From positions 1-37,452 of the IMG/VR virus record IMGVR_UViG_3300021255_000078: a DNA stretch of 37,452 bases. One strand, 5' to 3'. Below the pieces are notes generated by a model. The model was given only the letters and a program-made list of their open reading frames with translations. It was not told the DNA's origin and did no database searches. Made by a program: the position numbers and the translations under genes. The DNA is from a virus. The number at the start of each line of letters is the position of its first letter. Positions within the stretch are counted from its first letter, which is position 1. Shown here one piece after another: positions 12,998 through 20,302 of the stretch.

Positions 12998-13393
12998 ATG
13001 TATACCGCACAAATAACAAAAGAAAGAATAAAAGGCTTATGTAAAATCCAGAAAATTTCAATGGAGCAGATGCTTTCAGAACTGAATTTGGGTGTAAACG
13101 CAGTAAGACAGATTACTGATACAAAAGGAATGTCATCTGTAAGTCTTTATAAAATAGCTGATTATTTGAATGTTTCAGTTGACTATCTTCTCGGAAGGAC
13201 TGATAACCCAGAAATAAGTATGAATAACAGCATTAAAATAGGTGATAACAGTGTAAATAACAATGGAGATGTAAATATAAGTACAGCATCAAATTCTGAA
13301 ATAACTGAAATTGCTGATATGATGAAAGGACTTTCTCTTGTTCAGCGTTCCAAAATTGTTGTTATGATTGATGAAATGAAGAAGGAGAATTAA
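12998..13393 (+). CDS. XRE-family repressor (CI-like, 131 aa)
   Basis: N-terminal HTH (SVSLYKIADYLNVSVDYLLGRTD). It is the first gene of the plus-strand operon that ends with the integrase. SD is AAGAGGTG. Confidence 0.75.
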   Translation: MYTAQITKERIKGLCKIQKISMEQMLSELNLGVNAVRQITDTKGMSSVSLYKIADYLNVSVDYLLGRTDNPEISMNNSIKIGDNSVNNNGDVNISTASNSEITEIADMMKGLSLVQRSKIVVMIDEMKKEN

Positions 13394-13395
13394 CT

Positions 13396-14175
13396 ATGAA
13401 AAAATATTTATCAATTATTCTTGTTTCAGCTCTAATAGCAAGTTTAGTCTCATGCGGAGAGAGTACATCAACATCTTCAACCGTTACCGAAGAAAAGACT
13501 GCTCCAACCGAAACAACTGCCGAAGTTATAACGACAACAGAAGTAACTACGGCTGCTGAAACAACAATTACAACGACCATAACCACAACTGCCGCTGAAA
13601 TGACAGAGAATGAAACAGCCAGTACAGAAACAGAGCCTATAACGGAAAAGATTACAGAACTTTCATCTGAAACAAACACTCAACAGCAAAATACATTGGA
13701 AGTTATTGAAGATATAGGGATAGAGAGAAACCCAGATGATGTTACTATAACTATTCCGTCAAATATGATTTCAAACATTGATTCAGCAATCAAAGAGGCT
13801 GAAAATGATGAAAGTGTAACAAGTGTTCAGGAAAATGCAGACGGGTCTATGACTTATATCATGACTGCCGAAGCTTATGAGGAAATTATGCAAAATCTTA
13901 GAAATAATTTTGATGAAGCTATTAATAATATCATATCCTCAGAAAATTATACAACCATAACCAATATCACACGCAATGAAGATTGCTCCGAAATCTATTT
14001 CTACATTACAGATTTTAGTGAATACAAAAAAACTTTTGATTTTATGGCGGAAGCAGGATTTAAAAAATTATCAGAATTGTATCAGCACTTTGATGGTAAA
14101 GAAAATCCTATATTTGTAGTTCATTATCTTGACATTGAAGGCAATGAATTTGACAGTTATACATACAATGAATAA
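13396..14175 (+). CDS. Lipoprotein (259 aa) with a Thr/Glu-rich linker
   Basis: Signal peptide plus lipobox (LIASLVS-C), then a TTTE-rich low-complexity region and a C-terminal globular part. Confidence 0.75.
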   Translation: MKKYLSIILVSALIASLVSCGESTSTSSTVTEEKTAPTETTAEVITTTEVTTAAETTITTTITTTAAEMTENETASTETEPITEKITELSSETNTQQQNTLEVIEDIGIERNPDDVTITIPSNMISNIDSAIKEAENDESVTSVQENADGSMTYIMTAEAYEEIMQNLRNNFDEAINNIISSENYTTITNITRNEDCSEIYFYITDFSEYKKTFDFMAEAGFKKLSELYQHFDGKENPIFVVHYLDIEGNEFDSYTYNE

Positions 14176-14197
14176 AACTTATAAGGAGAGTTTAAAA

Positions 14198-15400
14198 ATG
14201 AGTGAAAATAAAGGTGTGCTGAAAGGAAGAAAAGTCGTCCTCGTTGGTGAGCTGAAACGCATGAACGCTCAGGATTTTCATAAACTTATTTCCGAAAATG
14301 GCGGTGTCAATTTAAACGGTTCGTATGATGTAAGTCATAACCAGACCCCCGATATTATTGTTATGAGTGATACTTACCTTGAAATTGTAAAAAGTAATAA
14401 TGTATATCCTCCAAGTTCAAACAAAACATTCTGGCAGAAATACGTTAAAGATAATCCCGGTATTCCTGTTATGGACGAATCTGTATTCTTTGTTTCTTTA
14501 AGAATGGGAGCTTTCAAAAGAAACAGAAGTGCAGAAATGTCAAAAGGTAAAAGTTTACGCAAAAGCATAAAAGACTATACCGTTATAGACCTCGAAACAA
14601 CAGACCGTTATGCATCTTCTTCTGAAATAATAGAAATGGCTGCTGTAAAAGTAAGAAACGGTCAGATAATCAGTACATACAATACCCTTATAAAGCCCGA
14701 TGAGCCTGTTCCTCTGAAAATAAGAAACATTACGGGCATAACAAATGAAATGCTTGAAAATGCCCCGAAAATTGAAGATAAATTGCAGGAATATCTTGAT
14801 TTTATCGGAAATGATATAGTTGTCGGTCATAACATATCGGCTTTTGATGTCAATATCATCAGAAGATATTGTGAAAAGCTGAATATCGGAAGTTTCACAA
14901 ATGATATGATTGATACGCTGAAATACTCTCATTACTGTGATATTGAAGTAAGCAGTTACAGACTTGCTACTATTGCTGAATATTTCGGGATAGAATATCA
15001 TGCACACAGGGCATTGAACGACTGTACTGCGAATTACAAGGTTTATGAAAAACTCAAAGAAAAATATAATGGAGTTTACAAAGAAAGTGACAATAGCGAA
15101 AATTCATCATCACAGTCATTAAAAATAAAAGATACATATTCAGATATTTCAGGAAAAAACATAGTCCTTACAGGTGATTTCAAGGCAGGCAGCAGAGATG
15201 ATATAACTTCTCAGCTTGAAAAACTTGGTGCAAACGTAAAAACAGGTGTTTCGGGAAAAACAAATTATGTAATCGTTGGTGCTTTAGGAAGTGCGAGTTG
15301 GTCATTTGGCACTTATGGCAGTAAAGTTAGTGATGCTATGGAATTTCAGCAAAAAGGAAAACCTGTTGAGATTGTAAAGGAAGAAGATTTTTTTGAATAA
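14198..15400 (+). CDS. BRCT - DEDDh 3'-5' exonuclease (DnaQ-like) - BRCT protein
   Basis: ExoI VIDLETTD, ExoII VVGHNISAFDVNII, ExoIII HRALNDC. N-terminal LKGRKVVLVGEL... and C-terminal GKNIVLTGDF...GKTNYVIVG are BRCT-like. The ATG at 14198 has an AAGGAGAG SD. Confidence 0.75.
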   Translation: MSENKGVLKGRKVVLVGELKRMNAQDFHKLISENGGVNLNGSYDVSHNQTPDIIVMSDTYLEIVKSNNVYPPSSNKTFWQKYVKDNPGIPVMDESVFFVSLRMGAFKRNRSAEMSKGKSLRKSIKDYTVIDLETTDRYASSSEIIEMAAVKVRNGQIISTYNTLIKPDEPVPLKIRNITGITNEMLENAPKIEDKLQEYLDFIGNDIVVGHNISAFDVNIIRRYCEKLNIGSFTNDMIDTLKYSHYCDIEVSSYRLATIAEYFGIEYHAHRALNDCTANYKVYEKLKEKYNGVYKESDNSENSSSQSLKIKDTYSDISGKNIVLTGDFKAGSRDDITSQLEKLGANVKTGVSGKTNYVIVGALGSASWSFGTYGSKVSDAMEFQQKGKPVEIVKEEDFFE

Positions 15401-15466
15401 AAAACCGCCCCACGCATGAGCGCAGGGCGGAATTTCAGGAGATACAAATATTTGGATTCATCTATC
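15397..15466 (-). ncRNA. Candidate ~70-nt small RNA between the exonuclease and integrase genes
   Basis: Runs from the consensus promoter at 15473-15501 to the terminator at 15399-15430. It has no SD-led ORF and contains the CUCCU stretch GUAUCUCCUGAAAU. Confidence 0.45.
15399..15430 (-). terminator. Intrinsic terminator with its U-run on the minus strand
   Basis: CCGCCC (15405-15410) / GGGCGG (15425-15430) stem plus an inner CGC/GCG. On the minus strand it is followed by TTTTTT (15404-15399). Confidence 0.6.
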
Positions 15467-15472
15467 AAAATT

Positions 15473-15501
15473 ATTATATCACAATATAAAATAAAAGTCA
15501 A
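15473..15501 (-). promoter_or_regulatory. Consensus extended -10 promoter (minus strand)
   Basis: TTGACT (15501-15496), 17-nt spacer, TGA-TATAAT (15478-15473). It overlaps the palindrome TTATAT-CACA-ATATAA (15474-15489). Confidence 0.65.
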
Positions 15502-15539
15502 GAAAAAGCCGCCCGATTTTGCATAAATCAGGCGGCTTT
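15496..15539 (-). terminator. Long hairpin terminator with its U-run on the minus strand
   Basis: AAAGCCGCC...GATTT/AAATC...GGCGGCTTT (15505-15539). On the minus strand it is followed by TTTTTCTT, which overlaps the -35 box of the small-RNA promoter. Confidence 0.55.
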
Positions 15540-15621
15540 CCCGAAAGGAAGTACAATATGTCAATCCAACAGTATAGTAATATTTTATCATAAACCAAAT
15601 AAAAAGTCAAGGAGGAATCTC

Positions 15622-17094
15622 ATGAAAAATGCAGTAATATATGCCCGATTTTCTTCTGATTTACAGCGTGAAGAAAGCATTGATGCACAAGTCAGAGCCT
15701 GCCGTGAATATGCTGCAAAAAAAGGTCTGAAAATTATTGAAGTCTATTCCGATGAGGCGGTCAGCGGCAGGACAGCCAACAGAACGCAGTACCAGAGACT
15801 TCTGCGTGACTGCCAGAAAAAGAATTTTGAAATCATACTCATACACAAATATGACCGTATCGGGCGCAGTCTGGGTGAACACGTTAATCTTTCCGCAAGG
15901 CTTGACAAACTGGGGATTGAACTTATTGCAGTATCTCAGGACTTCGGCAGCTCCGCAGAGGCAAAAATCATGAAAACTCTTGTATGGAGTATGTCAGAAT
16001 ATTATGTTGATAACCTCGCAGCAGAAACAAAAAAAGGGCTTAAAGAAAATGCCCTGAAAGCCCTGCATAACGGAGGAGTTGCACCATTCGGATACGATAT
16101 AGTTGACAAAAAATATGTCATAAATGACTTTGAGGCTGAGTATGTACGAAAAATATTCAGTGCGGCAATTCAGAAAAAAGGATTCACAGAAATTATCCGT
16201 GAACTTTCCGACTGCGGAATCAAGGGAAAGCGTGACAAGCCTATAAAGTACAGTCAGATATATGAAATTCTCAGGAACGAAAAATATACAGGAGTTTATG
16301 TATATTCTGTTGATGAAGAAGAAAAACGTTCAGACCGCCGTGCAAAACCAAATGCCATAAGAATTGAAGGTGCAATTCCTGTAATTATTGACAGGAAAAT
16401 TTTTGAGGAGGTTCAGGAGATTATGAACGAAAGAAAGCAAACAGGAAAAAAAGCTGATTATCTTTGCAGCGGACTTGTATACTGTAAGTGCGGTGCTAAA
16501 ATGCATGGCATGAAGTCTGTCCGCAAAGGTCACACATACCATTATTTCACCTGTTCGGAGCATTGCGGTGCAAGTTCGGTACGCATGGAAGATATTGACA
16601 ATGCAGTAAAAGAGTATCTCTGTAATCTTCTCAGCAAAGAAAATCAGGAGAAAATCAGTCATGCTCTCAGAACCTACAAGTTTGATGAACAGGAACGAAG
16701 CTCAGACTTCAACAAAATACTGAAAAAACGCATAAATGAAAAACAAAAACGCTATGACAATCTGCTTGCAAATCTTTCAACCGATCTGCTGCCTGCTCCT
16801 GTCGTTGCTGATATAGGCAAGGAAATGGAAGAACTTAAATCCGAAATTGAATGTCTTAAAAATACAGAACCGCCAAAGAGCTTCACAGCCGATATTATCT
16901 GTAACTGGCTTGATTCTATAAAAAATTCTCCCAATCCGAGTGCCGTCCGTATGCTTGTTGAACGCATTGACATAAAAGATAAGACCGTCTTTAACATACA
17001 GAGTACATTAAAAACGGTCTTAGGTAAAACTGGTTGCGGCGGTTCGCAACATATTTTACCCAAAATTCTTTTCAAATACATATTCAAAAAATAA
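15622..17094 (+). CDS. Large serine recombinase (phage integrase, 490 aa)
   Basis: N-terminal resolvase domain (VIYARFSSDLQ...YDRIGRS), a recombinase domain, a Cys-rich zinc ribbon (CKCGAKMHG...CSEHCG) and a C-terminal coiled coil. Confidence 0.9.
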   Translation: MKNAVIYARFSSDLQREESIDAQVRACREYAAKKGLKIIEVYSDEAVSGRTANRTQYQRLLRDCQKKNFEIILIHKYDRIGRSLGEHVNLSARLDKLGIELIAVSQDFGSSAEAKIMKTLVWSMSEYYVDNLAAETKKGLKENALKALHNGGVAPFGYDIVDKKYVINDFEAEYVRKIFSAAIQKKGFTEIIRELSDCGIKGKRDKPIKYSQIYEILRNEKYTGVYVYSVDEEEKRSDRRAKPNAIRIEGAIPVIIDRKIFEEVQEIMNERKQTGKKADYLCSGLVYCKCGAKMHGMKSVRKGHTYHYFTCSEHCGASSVRMEDIDNAVKEYLCNLLSKENQEKISHALRTYKFDEQERSSDFNKILKKRINEKQKRYDNLLANLSTDLLPAPVVADIGKEMEELKSEIECLKNTEPPKSFTADIICNWLDSIKNSPNPSAVRMLVERIDIKDKTVFNIQSTLKTVLGKTGCGGSQHILPKILFKYIFKK

Positions 17095-17156
17095 AAACCT
17101 CCGACAGAGAGAACATCTTCCCTGTCGGAGGTTTTCTGTATCACATTAAATTTCTT
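17091..17156. terminator. Bidirectional terminator plus endolysin-3'-end remnant (left copy of the ~64-bp direct repeat)
   Basis: A5-CCTCCGACAG...CTGTCGGAGG-T4, then CTGTATCACATTAAATTTCTT. This is near-identical to 19506-19570 and includes the reverse complement of GAA ATT TAA. Confidence 0.85.
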
Positions 17157-17178
17157 GATTGTTGTTTTTATTAATTGA

Positions 17179-17934
17179 TTAAATCAGCCCTTTCCTTTTT
17201 TCATACCATTCTATAAAATTTCCAAAAATTTCTTTTTCGGCAATTTTCCTTGCGTCTATCGCATCTTGGAGGTTATCAAACCTTCCAAGATTATATTTTT
17301 TGCCTTTAAATCTAAGAGATGCCTGCCATTTTTCACGGGATTTATCCCAGTTTACTCCAACAATTCCCGACTTGTTGGATTTGCTGGGGAGCTTATCCAG
17401 CTTAATTTTTGCTGGCTGTGTCCCGTCTACGAAACCTTTTTCATGCATGGCTATTATCGTAGCTTTTTGGCGGTCACAACCGCAAGAAGTTGCACTGAGA
17501 ACGGAGTCTTCTCTCTTAAGAAACGTTTTTCCGCATACTCCGCACAGGCAGAGATAATAAGTCCTGCCGTTTTTCTTCGTCTTTGTTTTCAAATGGAGAT
17601 TTCCAAAGACTTGCCCAGATAAATCTCTTTCCTTAAGGCAACCACAACTCTTTGTATGTCCAGAGAGTAAGTTGCCTTTGAAAACCTCCGTAACTTGCCC
17701 GCATAACTGACATATGCACTTACATTTTATCTTCATGTTTTCTGATTTAACATCATAAACAAAAAGATTATTATAAGTATTACCTATAATGTCGTTTTTT
17801 TCGGTGTTAATGCATTTGCAAGGGCTTTTTAATTCATCTGCCGATACAACAGCAGTTGCCCCACAAATAATGCACTTGACCTTATATTGCGGTTTGTTAT
17901 TCTCAGTATATTCATAACTATTGATGATATTCAT
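17179..17934 (-). CDS. AP2-domain DNA-binding protein with repeated Cys4 zinc-ribbon modules
   Basis: C-terminal SGIVGVNWDKSREKWQASLRFKGKKYNLGRFDNLQDAIDARK is an AP2/ERF-type fold signature. The N-terminus has three C..CG....SCGC-type modules. Confidence 0.7.
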   Translation of the reverse strand: MNIINSYEYTENNKPQYKVKCIICGATAVVSADELKSPCKCINTEKNDIIGNTYNNLFVYDVKSENMKIKCKCICQLCGQVTEVFKGNLLSGHTKSCGCLKERDLSGQVFGNLHLKTKTKKNGRTYYLCLCGVCGKTFLKREDSVLSATSCGCDRQKATIIAMHEKGFVDGTQPAKIKLDKLPSKSNKSGIVGVNWDKSREKWQASLRFKGKKYNLGRFDNLQDAIDARKIAEKEIFGNFIEWYEKRKGLI

Positions 17935-18268
17935 TTAGTAAGTCCTCTATGTATTTAGACACGGTTTTAGCGCATCTTGCCGCATTTTGTTTTAATTTAA
18001 TATGTATGTCTTTCCTGATAGATATGCATATTTTGATTCTATCAGGATTTTCTTCGTTTCCGAAAACAGAAGCAAATGCTTCTTTCGGAAGATGCTTCTC
18101 TCCCCATTCCTGAGCCTGCGTGTAACTCAGAGGGGTTATTTTTCGGGAATTTTCCTTGTACAGGAAAAATTCACCTGTTTTTTTTTGAAAAAGATGCTCG
18201 CAAGCACCTTTTCCGCAAAATTTTGCGGTTTCGGTATCATATACCTTGTTTCTTATGATTTTCTTCAT
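17918..18268 (-). CDS. Hypothetical protein with a C-terminal ribbon-helix-helix-like segment
   Basis: 116 aa. The C-terminal IKICISIRKDIHIKLKQNAARCAKTVSKYIEDLL has a strand-helix-helix pattern. Confidence 0.45.
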   Translation of the reverse strand: MKKIIRNKVYDTETAKFCGKGACEHLFQKKTGEFFLYKENSRKITPLSYTQAQEWGEKHLPKEAFASVFGNEENPDRIKICISIRKDIHIKLKQNAARCAKTVSKYIEDLLNEYHQ

Positions 18269-18278
18269 TTGATTGGTA

Positions 18279-18310
18279 CTCCATTCTCCCCGTATAGCCG
18301 GATAGGACAG
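18279..18310 (-). promoter_or_regulatory. Conserved leader box, copy 2 of 3
   Basis: Minus-strand CTGTCCTATCCGGCTATACGGGGAGAATGGAG lies upstream of the 18268 start. Confidence 0.6.
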
Positions 18311-18325
18311 CTTCGAGAATTGTTA

Positions 18326-18664
18326 TCAGAAATGTCCGTCCATGATATCTGCATACGCTGAACGATATTCTATGTTTGCGGCATTTATGTCCCAACCGCA
18401 ATCAACTACTCGCCAGAGAGCTTTTTCCGTGAGCGGAGTTTTTCTTTTCATTTCAGGATTCATTTTTTTGAGTTCCTTAAAAGCCGCTTCTTTTCTTTCT
18501 TCTTTTGCGGCTCTCACTTTGAGTTCTTCAACGATTTCCGCTTTATGTGTCTTTATCCACATAAGCTCTTCCATGTTTTTGTTATTCTTTGGTGCTGTTA
18601 CACCTATTTGACTATCACCAATCATTTTGATATTATACTTTCTTATTATTTCCTTGATATCCAT
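18326..18664 (-). CDS. Hypothetical protein (112 aa)
   Basis: The ATG at 18664 follows GGAGAATACT. The track extension to 18709 would translate the conserved leader box and was rejected. Confidence 0.5.
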   Translation of the reverse strand: MDIKEIIRKYNIKMIGDSQIGVTAPKNNKNMEELMWIKTHKAEIVEELKVRAAKEERKEAAFKELKKMNPEMKRKTPLTEKALWRVVDCGWDINAANIEYRSAYADIMDGHF

Positions 18665-18670
18665 AGTATT

Positions 18671-18702
18671 CTCCATTCTCCTCGTATAGCCGATAGGACA
18701 AC
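18671..18702 (-). promoter_or_regulatory. Conserved leader box, copy 3 of 3
   Basis: Minus-strand GTTGTCCTATCGGCTATACGAGGAGAATGGAG lies upstream of the 18664 start. Confidence 0.6.
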
Positions 18703-18709
18703 TTTTCAT

Positions 18710-19084
18710 TTATTTTCGTTCCCATACGGACTTTGTGCTGTTCCACACAAAGCCCTTTTCCTTTATGAGCGGTCCGATTCCGTATGTCGCACCTGATACA
18801 GTTTTTACATTGTCCCAATTGATGCCCACGCTCTCAGGCTTGACTTTGTAATCTTTGTCTGTAATTACGTATGCTTTCGCAACGTTGTATTCCGTGACCG
18901 GATATTTCCTCGAACCGCCTACGACTTTGCCGTAGGTCTCTTTGAGGACTATTTCACCATTGTTTTTAGCTGTTGCTTCAAGCACTTTTGCAACGGATTC
19001 TCTGTCTGTGCCATAGCCGCCTTTTATTGTCAGCGGCTGAATTATCTGGACTGTATTTTCAGCAGTTGTGTATTTTTCTTCCAT
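18710..19084 (-). CDS. Hypothetical protein (124 aa)
   Basis: The ATG at 19084 has an AAGGAGAAAATC SD. The track extension to 19168 overlaps the upstream gene. Confidence 0.5.
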   Translation of the reverse strand: MEEKYTTAENTVQIIQPLTIKGGYGTDRESVAKVLEATAKNNGEIVLKETYGKVVGGSRKYPVTEYNVAKAYVITDKDYKVKPESVGINWDNVKTVSGATYGIGPLIKEKGFVWNSTKSVWERK

Positions 19085-19098
19085 GATTTTCTCCTTTC

Positions 19099-19317
19099 TT
19101 AACCTCTGTAGATGCCTTCCTTTGTTGCGATTTCCCTCGTTGCAGCGTTCCAAAGCTGCACGAAACATTCACCTCCATATCCGTTCTGTCTGCAAACAGT
19201 TTCGCAATGTTTATATGTCTCCGTTCTTTTGTCATAGCTTGTGGGGGCTTCCCACATTTTTTCCTGCTGTGCCTTTATATAGGCAACACATTCTCTTTTG
19301 TTCATTTTTTTATTCAT
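19099..19317 (-). CDS. Hypothetical Cys-containing protein (72 aa), first gene of the cassette
   Basis: AAGGAGGAAACC-ATG, downstream of the cassette promoter. Confidence 0.5.
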   Translation of the reverse strand: MNKKMNKRECVAYIKAQQEKMWEAPTSYDKRTETYKHCETVCRQNGYGGECFVQLWNAATREIATKEGIYRG

Positions 19318-19363
19318 GGTTTCCTCCTTGCCTTTCGGCTGTCGTTTGTTTTATCGTGATTAT

Positions 19364-19392
19364 ATTATAACATAGAGTTTATATAAAGTCAA
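19364..19392 (-). promoter_or_regulatory. Consensus extended -10 promoter of the accessory cassette
   Basis: TTGACT (19392-19387), 17-nt spacer, TGT-TATAAT (19369-19364). Confidence 0.7.
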
Positions 19393-19424
19393 GTGTTTTT
19401 TGCTTGATTTTATATAAACTCTAT
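19372..19424. promoter_or_regulatory. 22-bp-arm inverted repeat (operator-like) overlapping the cassette promoter
   Basis: ATAGAGTTTATATAAAGTCAAG (19372-19393) pairs with CTTGATTTTATATAAACTCTAT (19403-19424) at 21/22 positions, with a 9-nt centre. The left arm covers the spacer and -35 box. Confidence 0.7.
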
Positions 19425-19505
19425 ATTTTTGTATGTTTGCACAAAAGTAATTTTTAATATTTGTGAAACTTGCAACAAAGGAGTGATTAAGTGTATGGTT
19501 GCAAT

Positions 19506-19570
19506 ATAAAAAACCTCCGACAGAGAGAAATTTCCCTGTCGGAGGTTTGCTGTATCACATTAAATTTCTT
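19506..19570. terminator. Endolysin terminator (right copy of the ~64-bp direct repeat)
   Basis: A6-CCTCCGACAG...CTGTCGGAGG-TTT hairpin immediately after the endolysin stop (19560-19562). Confidence 0.85.
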
Positions 19571-20285
19571 CAAAAGTAACTTTATACTTCTTGCCATTGA
19601 GTGAGAGTTCGCCAGTTTTAGGAGCAGGCTTTTCCTGAGTGGGAGCAGGAGCAGGATTTTCAGGCTTTTTAAAGCCATTCAGTCCTGCGTTTTTGATGAT
19701 TGCAGGATAATCCTTGTAAGCTTCATCAAGGTCAACATTTCCGCTTATACCATTGATTCTGCCTGAATCCGATTTCTGCCATATGCCATAAGATTTGACA
19801 ACAACAGGCTTGCTGCCGTAACGGGCGACCCATTTATCGAATTTTGAAAGTCCGGATAAATCAAGCCTGTCATTGAAACCTGAAACATCAGATGCATAGA
19901 TACCGCAGTAATATCCCGCATTTTCCATAGTCTCACAGAATCCGATACAAGCCTCTGTTGTGCCTGATTTTGCATTGGGACTTGTTGCTTCGAGGTCTAT
20001 GTACACTGGATATTCAAAGGTTTTGCCCCTGATGATATCAAGGAATCTATTTGCATCGGCGATACCGTCAGCCTTTGAAGTACAGCCCGAACCGACATAG
20101 TAATAAGCCCCGACAGGCATACCGACCGCCTTTGCGTTCATGTAATTCTTCTCAAAATTCGGGTCTGTATAAAATCCTGAATCCGAGCCTCCTGCCTTGA
20201 GTATTGCAAACTCAATGCCTGAATTTTTTACGGCAGACCAGTCTATCTGTCCCTGCCAGCGTGAAACATCAATACCGTTTTTCAT
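19560..20285 (-). CDS. Endolysin, GH25 muramidase with a short Pro-rich linker and small C-terminal domain
   Basis: GIDVSRWQGQIDW...FAILKAGG...GAYYY...IDLE...WQKSDSGRINGISGNVDLD matches the GH25 lysozyme pattern. Confidence 0.85.
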   Translation of the reverse strand: MKNGIDVSRWQGQIDWSAVKNSGIEFAILKAGGSDSGFYTDPNFEKNYMNAKAVGMPVGAYYYVGSGCTSKADGIADANRFLDIIRGKTFEYPVYIDLEATSPNAKSGTTEACIGFCETMENAGYYCGIYASDVSGFNDRLDLSGLSKFDKWVARYGSKPVVVKSYGIWQKSDSGRINGISGNVDLDEAYKDYPAIIKNAGLNGFKKPENPAPAPTQEKPAPKTGELSLNGKKYKVTFEEI

Positions 20286-20302
20286 AAAAAATCTCCTTTC
20301 AT

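Larger units (their letters stand above)
17091..19570. other. Accessory five-gene cassette bounded by ~64-bp direct repeats
   Basis: Repeats are at 17091-17156 and 19506-19570. The cassette has its own promoter/operator at 19364-19424 and genes at 19317 down to 17179. Confidence 0.6.

Noticed and set aside
15401-17178. Precise attP of the serine integrase
   Set aside because: Only short AT-rich palindromes are visible (e.g. 15474-15489). Without attB or attL/attR sequences, no site can be supported.
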